Origin: Candidatus Poribacteria bacterium
Lineage (GTDB): Bacteria > Poribacteria > WGA-4E > UBA9662
Assembly: GCA_046582655.1 (NCBI GenBank)
Contig: JAYGDX010000094.1
Span: forward strand, 1 to 45,271
Reading direction: 5' to 3'
DNA: 45,271 bases
Translations under genes and position numbers: made by a program
Notes under the pieces: generated by a model
Seen by the model: the letters and a program-made list of their open reading frames with translations, nothing else
Database searches by the model: none
Told to the model about the DNA's origin: nothing
Shown: positions 39,980-45,271 of the stretch, one piece after another
Position numbering within the stretch: position 1 is the stretch's first letter
Layout: each line of letters begins with the position of its first letter

Positions 39980-40744
39980 TTATTGTGCAGTGTATCCGCC
40001 ATCCACAAGAAGAGACGTCCCCGTAACAAAGGACGCATCATCAGAAGCTAAGAACAAAATACCATGCGCAATCTCGCGAGGTTGGCCTAGCCGTTTCAGT
40101 AAACATGGTTGATTCAGATGTGCATTTGCCTCTTCCAATGTTATCCCTTCCTCCTGTATAGCCTTTTCAAGCGCCGGAGTATGAGTAACTCCGGGACAGA
40201 CAGTGTTGACACGTATGTTGAAAGGGGCCAGATCCATAGCCAAACATCTGGTAAAATTCAGAATGGCTGATTTTGATGTGTTATAAGGCACGTAATCCGG
40301 CTGAGCAATCATTGAACTGATAGAGCCAATATTAACGATAGCACCACTACTACCTTGCTTCATCACCGGAAGTACTGCTTTAACACAGAAGGCAGGACCT
40401 TTTACGTTAACACTGAAAACATGGTCCCAATCTTCTGTAGTTGCGTCTTCGACTCTGCCAAAAACAAAGGCAGCAGCATTATTTACAAGAATATCGATTT
40501 TACCATATTCACAGTAGGCAAGATCGGCTATTTTACGGCTGTCTTCTTCCTTGGAAACATCAGCTTCAACAGAAACCGCCTCCCCGCCAGCACTCTGAAT
40601 ACTCTGTACTGTCTCATTAGCGCCTTCAAGATTGATTTCTGCCACAACGACCTTTGCACCCTCCTCAGCAAAAAGTTGTGCTGTTGCTCTCCCAATCCCT
40701 GATCCAGATCCAGTAATAATTGCCACTTTATCTTCCAGACGCAT
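39980..40744 (-). CDS. Classical SDR family NAD(P)-dependent oxidoreductase
   Basis: TGSGSGIG, LVNNAA, catalytic YNTSK, IRVNTVCPG and VDGG. Confidence 0.93.
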   Translation of the reverse strand: MRLEDKVAIITGSGSGIGRATAQLFAEEGAKVVVAEINLEGANETVQSIQSAGGEAVSVEADVSKEEDSRKIADLAYCEYGKIDILVNNAAAFVFGRVEDATTEDWDHVFSVNVKGPAFCVKAVLPVMKQGSSGAIVNIGSISSMIAQPDYVPYNTSKSAILNFTRCLAMDLAPFNIRVNTVCPGVTHTPALEKAIQEEGITLEEANAHLNQPCLLKRLGQPREIAHGILFLASDDASFVTGTSLLVDGGYTAQ

Positions 40745-40844
40745 CCTTCTACTCTCCTAAATGTTGTTTAATTACTCAATTTCAATACTAACAACAATGT
40801 AAGCACCAAATTTCTACGACTGTAAATACGTTAATATATCCTCT

Positions 40845-41702
40845 CTACCCGCGTGACGGTTCATCCATTCTTTCTCTGGCTTGACGTGATAGTTCTGCAA
40901 TATGACCATCGTTAGCCATTACCTGTTCCAGATGTCGAATTCGTTCCAAACCAGCCGTTTCCATCATGATCTGACCGTAAGCACGATCGACCCAAAACCT
41001 GGCTACACCGTCCAGATAGTCTCGAAGTTCTTGAACACGATCCTCAGGATAGCGCTGACACAGATTCATGGTAAACATTCTCCGCCAACCACCACCACCA
41101 AAGGAAGCATGTTTAGTTTTGTGATTGAATACCACTACGTCGCCAGGTTCCGTTTCAATTGCCTGAGCCGGAACTTGACTGCCATCAATCTCCCACAGAT
41201 CCTGGCTGTTCCCAAGACCTCTGCCTAATGAATCCGCATACTGATCACCAAAACGATGACTCCCCGGGATGACTCGCATGCATCCAGTCTCACGAGACAG
41301 AGGGTCGAGATAGTAGGCAATCTTAATATGAAGGATATCACTGTTGGCACCATCCGAGTGCCACCTCGTATCACCGGCATAGTAGTTTCCATCACTCGGC
41401 ATGAAATTGTAATCATCACCCAGCAAAGCCGAAGCAATTGCGTCAATCCGTGGATCATCAAGAAGTTGACATAAACGAGGATGCTGATCAGGAAAGGGTA
41501 CTATACAAGATCGCTTCGAGCCGTCATGAGTTACGCCGTTATGGGTATGCCCCCGCTGTTTCCAGACTTCTTCAAAAGCCAGAATAATTTCGTCGATACA
41601 ATCCTTAATCAAGCCCGGGAAAGCCAAGTAGCCAAAGGTTTGAAAAAAACTGATATGCTGGTCTGTCACAATTTGATTATTCTCTGAATGGTGTTGATTC
41701 AT
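40845..41702 (-). CDS. Phytanoyl-CoA dioxygenase (PhyH) family Fe(II)/2OG oxygenase
   Basis: FFQTFGYLAFPGL, WHSD, GCMRVIPGSH and PGDVVVFNH-TKHAS...RR. Confidence 0.88.
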   Translation of the reverse strand: MNQHHSENNQIVTDQHISFFQTFGYLAFPGLIKDCIDEIILAFEEVWKQRGHTHNGVTHDGSKRSCIVPFPDQHPRLCQLLDDPRIDAIASALLGDDYNFMPSDGNYYAGDTRWHSDGANSDILHIKIAYYLDPLSRETGCMRVIPGSHRFGDQYADSLGRGLGNSQDLWEIDGSQVPAQAIETEPGDVVVFNHKTKHASFGGGGWRRMFTMNLCQRYPEDRVQELRDYLDGVARFWVDRAYGQIMMETAGLERIRHLEQVMANDGHIAELSRQARERMDEPSRG

Positions 41703-41864
41703 AATTAAACTCCCTAGGTTGTATTCCTGTCAAAATTGGTACATCAATAATGTCACAACACGTCTGATCAAAAACAGCCCGCCGTATTTAAACATATAAT
41801 TTGCACTTATGTAAACAAGCTTTGAACCACACCAACTAGAGCACCCATTCTTCAAAATGTTAAC

Positions 41865-42737
41865 TCAATGACTTAGTTTCCTAAGAGTCGCAAAATACAT
41901 TGGCCCCCATTGATGCTGATCGGGCAAAATCTGCCATCCAAATTTGGTTCTTTCTCCTACAGGTGACAAAGGCGTTTCAAATTCAAAGAGATCTCCTTTC
42001 TTATCTTTCAGTTTGTTCAAAACACCGTCATTTTCCAAAGGAGATATGCTACATGTGGAATAGACAATTTTTGATTCTGGACGCGCAGCTAGCAAAGCCG
42101 AACATAGCAGGGCATATTGCCTTTGCGCTAACCTCTTACTTCTCTTGGGTGACCACTTCTGCATTTCCGACAAATTACGGAGCAGGTGCGCCTCAGCCGA
42201 ACAAGGTGCGTCAACAAGTATCCGATCATAAGCCTTTGTTTCATAAACACCCCATTTGGTTGCGTCATATGACCGAAGAGAAATCCGTGCTAAAATATCT
42301 TGGGGAACATAAGATTCCAGGACCTTTTTGAGCCGATGGAAGCGACGCTTGGACAACTCGTTCAACACTAACTGACCGTTTAATCCCAGTTTCTCCGCCA
42401 GTATCAACGCCTTACCGCCCGGTGCAGCGCACATATCCAAAACCCTGTCATTTTCTTGGACTTCTAAGGCGTTCGCAACCACAAAAGACGCTAGATCCAT
42501 GACAAAAAAATCCAGTAATCCACACGCTTGCACCTGCGGTCTGAATGTTCGCTCAACTCTGAAACAGTTTAAGGCCCAACTGGCAATCGGGTTAGAGACA
42601 TTTAAGGAAGAACTGTCCAGAAACAGATTGAGTCTCTTAATCTGAGTTGGTTTTTCGGTCAACGCTGACCTTAAATCCAACCAGCGATCACGATATATGG
42701 CTCCATAAAATTGATCAAACGCATCAGTTACTTCCAT
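41865..42737 (-). CDS. RsmB/NOP (Nol1/Nop2/Sun) family RNA m5C methyltransferase, compact form
   Basis: MDLAS, VLDMCAAPGGK, ILVDAPCS (motif IV Cys) and VYSTCS...END (motif VI Cys). The start overlaps the upstream TPR gene stop by 14 nt. Confidence 0.9.
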   Translation of the reverse strand: MEVTDAFDQFYGAIYRDRWLDLRSALTEKPTQIKRLNLFLDSSSLNVSNPIASWALNCFRVERTFRPQVQACGLLDFFVMDLASFVVANALEVQENDRVLDMCAAPGGKALILAEKLGLNGQLVLNELSKRRFHRLKKVLESYVPQDILARISLRSYDATKWGVYETKAYDRILVDAPCSAEAHLLRNLSEMQKWSPKRSKRLAQRQYALLCSALLAARPESKIVYSTCSISPLENDGVLNKLKDKKGDLFEFETPLSPVGERTKFGWQILPDQHQWGPMYFATLRKLSH

Positions 42738-44685
42738 CTGAAACTATCCCACGACAAAAAATATCCAGTTCTAACTCCACAGACCGAAATACATGTAACC
42801 AATTCCCAATTTCATCCTGTCGAAATAATCTCATCGTTGGATACCACACCGAATCCTTTCTTCCCAACAACCACTTCCAATCCGGCACATGAGGCAATAG
42901 CGTCCACACACTCTTTCCTAATCCACCTGCGACATGTACCGTCGTGTTCGACGTTGATATAACTAAATCTAACACCGACACCTGCGCAACAAAATCATCT
43001 AAACTTTCCAGCGAATCGATCTCTTTATCATGATAAATTCTTAAATCCGTTTCCAGCTTGAAGTCTTCGATTTCCCGTGCGACATCTCCATATTGCAAAT
43101 TCAGGAAAAAGCAATCCTGCCGTGACAGAATTGACGTCCAATATTCCAGCGGAGTACTTTTTGACCTACTCCTTCTTCGATTGTTCCCAGTACTTTTCCA
43201 CGAAACACCGACCAACAGCCTGTCACCTGCCAACTGCTGATATTTTTGTTTTAGATGCCTAGCCTTTGCTGTACAAGGATATAAATACGACTCTTGATCC
43301 GAAGGGAAGCTTTCTGCACTTGGTCTAAGCCATTTCCCCAAACTAAGCATCGGAATTTGGTAATCAATGACCATATTAAGCAACTGTAGGCTTACTGGAT
43401 TTTCCCGGGGGATAAATTGGATTTCAGGAAAAGCACGCTGGAAAATAGGGACCAAACGCCGAGTACACTCAACGATAACTTTCACATCCATTTGCAAAAA
43501 GGCAGGAAGCATACTGGCAAACATAATTTCATCGCCCACCCCTTGCTCAGTCCAAACAAGAATAGACTTTTGATTCAGATTCTCCCCATCCCAGAGAGGT
43601 TGGGGGAAACGAAGACTCTCGACAGTAAAATCGTCGCATTTCCACCTCCATTCATATTCCTGCCACCCCCTCTTAAAATCACCCTGAAGGAGCGAGAGCA
43701 ATCCAAGATTCTTGTGGGCAGCCGCAAGTTGTGGCTGCATCTCCAGAACTTTGTGATAGGCTTGTCTGGCAGCCTTGAAATCTGCTTTTAATTGAAAGAC
43801 ACTCCCAAGATTATTATAAGCCTCACTATAGTCCGAATTGATCTCCAGTGCTTGACGATAAGCACAAATCGACTCTTCCAATCTGTCCTGCTCCGCTAAA
43901 ACATTACCTAGATTATTATAGGCTTCGGCATAATCCGGTTTGATCTCGATGGCCTGTTGATAAACTTGAACTGATTCTTCGAACCTGTCCTGCTCCCTAA
44001 GAGCCAGCCCCAGATTATTATAGACTTCTATATGATATTCTGGATTGATCTTTAACACCTCACTATAGGCTCGAATCGAGTCCTCCAACTTTCCTTTCTC
44101 TTGAAACAAACAGCCTAGGTTATAGTATGCATCGGCAAATTCAGGGTCAATTTTAACCGCTTGGCGATAAGCTAGGACTGATTTCTCTAGGCTTCCCTGA
44201 GCCTTAAGTGCTACACCCAAATTATTACAGGCCTCGCTATATTCCGGATCGATCTCCAACGCTTGGCGATAAGCACAAATCGACTCTTCCAATCTGTCCT
44301 GCTCCGCTAAAACATTACCTAGATTATTATAGGCTTCAGCATAATCCGGTTTGATCTCGATAGCCTTGTAATAGGCTTGAGTCGATTCTACCAACTTACC
44401 AAGTTTTTTGAAGGCATTACCCAGATTATTGAAATACGAGGATTGTTTCGGATCAATTCCTATAGCCTGGGTTACCAAATCAGCTGCAACTTTATATTTT
44501 CCAACTTGATAGGCAACAACGCCTAAGAGATGAAGAGCATCAGCATGCTTGGGAGCAGAACAAAGTATTTCCCGATATATCTGCTCGGCCTGATCTAGCT
44601 GACCAGACTGATGCAGGCCCACAGCTTTGTGCAATTCCTCCTCAATAGCTGTCCGTTGGGCTAAGAAAAAAGATTGTTGAACCAT
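42724..44685 (-). CDS. Tetratricopeptide-repeat protein with C-terminal glycosyltransferase (GT-B, GT9-like) domain
   Basis: About 9 TPRs (AYNNLG...A..AY.QA.EI.P.Y), then GWQEYEWRW, WTEQGVGDEIMFAS, VGVSWKS, NLQYG, DLVISTSNTTVHVAGGLGK and WYPTMRLFRQ. Confidence 0.88.
   Translation of the reverse strand: MVQQSFFLAQRTAIEEELHKAVGLHQSGQLDQAEQIYREILCSAPKHADALHLLGVVAYQVGKYKVAADLVTQAIGIDPKQSSYFNNLGNAFKKLGKLVESTQAYYKAIEIKPDYAEAYNNLGNVLAEQDRLEESICAYRQALEIDPEYSEACNNLGVALKAQGSLEKSVLAYRQAVKIDPEFADAYYNLGCLFQEKGKLEDSIRAYSEVLKINPEYHIEVYNNLGLALREQDRFEESVQVYQQAIEIKPDYAEAYNNLGNVLAEQDRLEESICAYRQALEINSDYSEAYNNLGSVFQLKADFKAARQAYHKVLEMQPQLAAAHKNLGLLSLLQGDFKRGWQEYEWRWKCDDFTVESLRFPQPLWDGENLNQKSILVWTEQGVGDEIMFASMLPAFLQMDVKVIVECTRRLVPIFQRAFPEIQFIPRENPVSLQLLNMVIDYQIPMLSLGKWLRPSAESFPSDQESYLYPCTAKARHLKQKYQQLAGDRLLVGVSWKSTGNNRRRSRSKSTPLEYWTSILSRQDCFFLNLQYGDVAREIEDFKLETDLRIYHDKEIDSLESLDDFVAQVSVLDLVISTSNTTVHVAGGLGKSVWTLLPHVPDWKWLLGRKDSVWYPTMRLFRQDEIGNWLHVFRSVELELDIFCRGIVSDGSN
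43856..44361. repeat. 95-bp near-perfect direct repeat within the TPR array (43856-43950 and 44267-44361)
   Basis: Offset 411 nt with one mismatch seen. Both copies encode IEIKPDYAEAYNNLGNVLAEQDRLEESICAYR. Confidence 0.88.
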
Positions 44686-44785
44686 GTTTATTAACCCTGT
44701 CTATATTGACCTGTTGTCTTACACATACAAAAATCATCTCCAATATCGTCGCTTACAACTGAACCATGCCATAAAACAGGAGATT

Positions 44786-45271
44786 TTAGTTGTACAATCT
44801 AAGATTTTTTCCCAACGTAGAACTAGCGCGTTGGAATACTCTTTCCCAATCTCCTGCCTTTTCCTGTCTAAACAACCTCATCGTCTGATACCATGGCGTG
44901 TCTTCCCTCTCCAGCATCCATCTCCAGTCTGGACGAGATGACAATAAAACCCAAACCTTTTTGCCCAATCCTCCTGACATATGTACTGTTGCGTTCGAGG
45001 TGGAAACAATTAAATCCAACGCTGATATCTGGGCCGCAAAATCATCTAAATTGCTCAACGAATCTACCTCTTCATCTATATATACCGGATAGCCACTAGC
45101 AGATATATATTCCTCAATTTCCTCTCTGATATCGCCGTATTGCAGATTAATAAAATAACAATCCTCTCGTGACAGAATGGGTGTCCAGTATTTTAAGGGC
45201 GCATTCTTTGTCTTGGCTCTTTTTTGATCTATACCTGTACTCTTCCATGAGATACCAACCAGCAACTTATC
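44786..45271 (-). CDS. C-terminal part of a second TPR-glycosyltransferase-like paralogue (5' end outside window)
   Basis: VGISWKS, INLQYGD, DDFAAQISALDLIVSTSNATVHMSGGLGK and WYQTMRLFRQ, closely paralogous to 42724-44685. Confidence 0.85.
   Translation of the reverse strand, partial: DKLLVGISWKSTGIDQKRAKTKNAPLKYWTPILSREDCYFINLQYGDIREEIEEYISASGYPVYIDEEVDSLSNLDDFAAQISALDLIVSTSNATVHMSGGLGKKVWVLLSSRPDWRWMLEREDTPWYQTMRLFRQEKAGDWERVFQRASSTLGKNLRLYN

Noticed and set aside
43800..44400. CRISPR-like periodic repeats
   Set aside because: The ~102-nt periodicity corresponds to in-frame 34-aa TPR units; there are no unique spacers or cas genes.

Overview
Bacterial chromosomal window of roughly 40-45% GC (by eye), most likely from Candidatus Poribacteria. 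This is an inference from the dockerin + 'QNYPNPFNPETWIPF' C-terminal domain, a LamG remnant with a Poribacteria-type C-terminal motif, and the many Gfo/Idh/MocA, PhyH, enolase-family and sulfatase genes. From left to right it holds: a decayed IS5-family element; a frameshifted Ldh2-family oxidoreductase; a LamG pseudogene; an RsbV/RsbW partner-switch pair downstream of a large GAF protein that appears to carry a cryptic class III nucleotide-cyclase-like domain; frameshifted queE; a BatA/vWA + Omp85 pair; a 3beta-HSD/DFR-like SDR + steroid 5alpha-reductase pair; a heavily decayed DUF4838-like gene; two sugar/sugar-acid catabolic clusters, one partly inactivated by nonsense codons; a ~9.5 kb gene for a giant surface protein with seven Cys-laddered beta-helix modules and a 1.35 kb internal duplication; an RsmB/NOP m5C methyltransferase; and two tandem TPR-glycosyltransferase-like genes. 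I saw no rRNA, tRNA, CRISPR array, reverse transcriptase or phage genes. All family calls come from motif recognition by eye; no database search was run.
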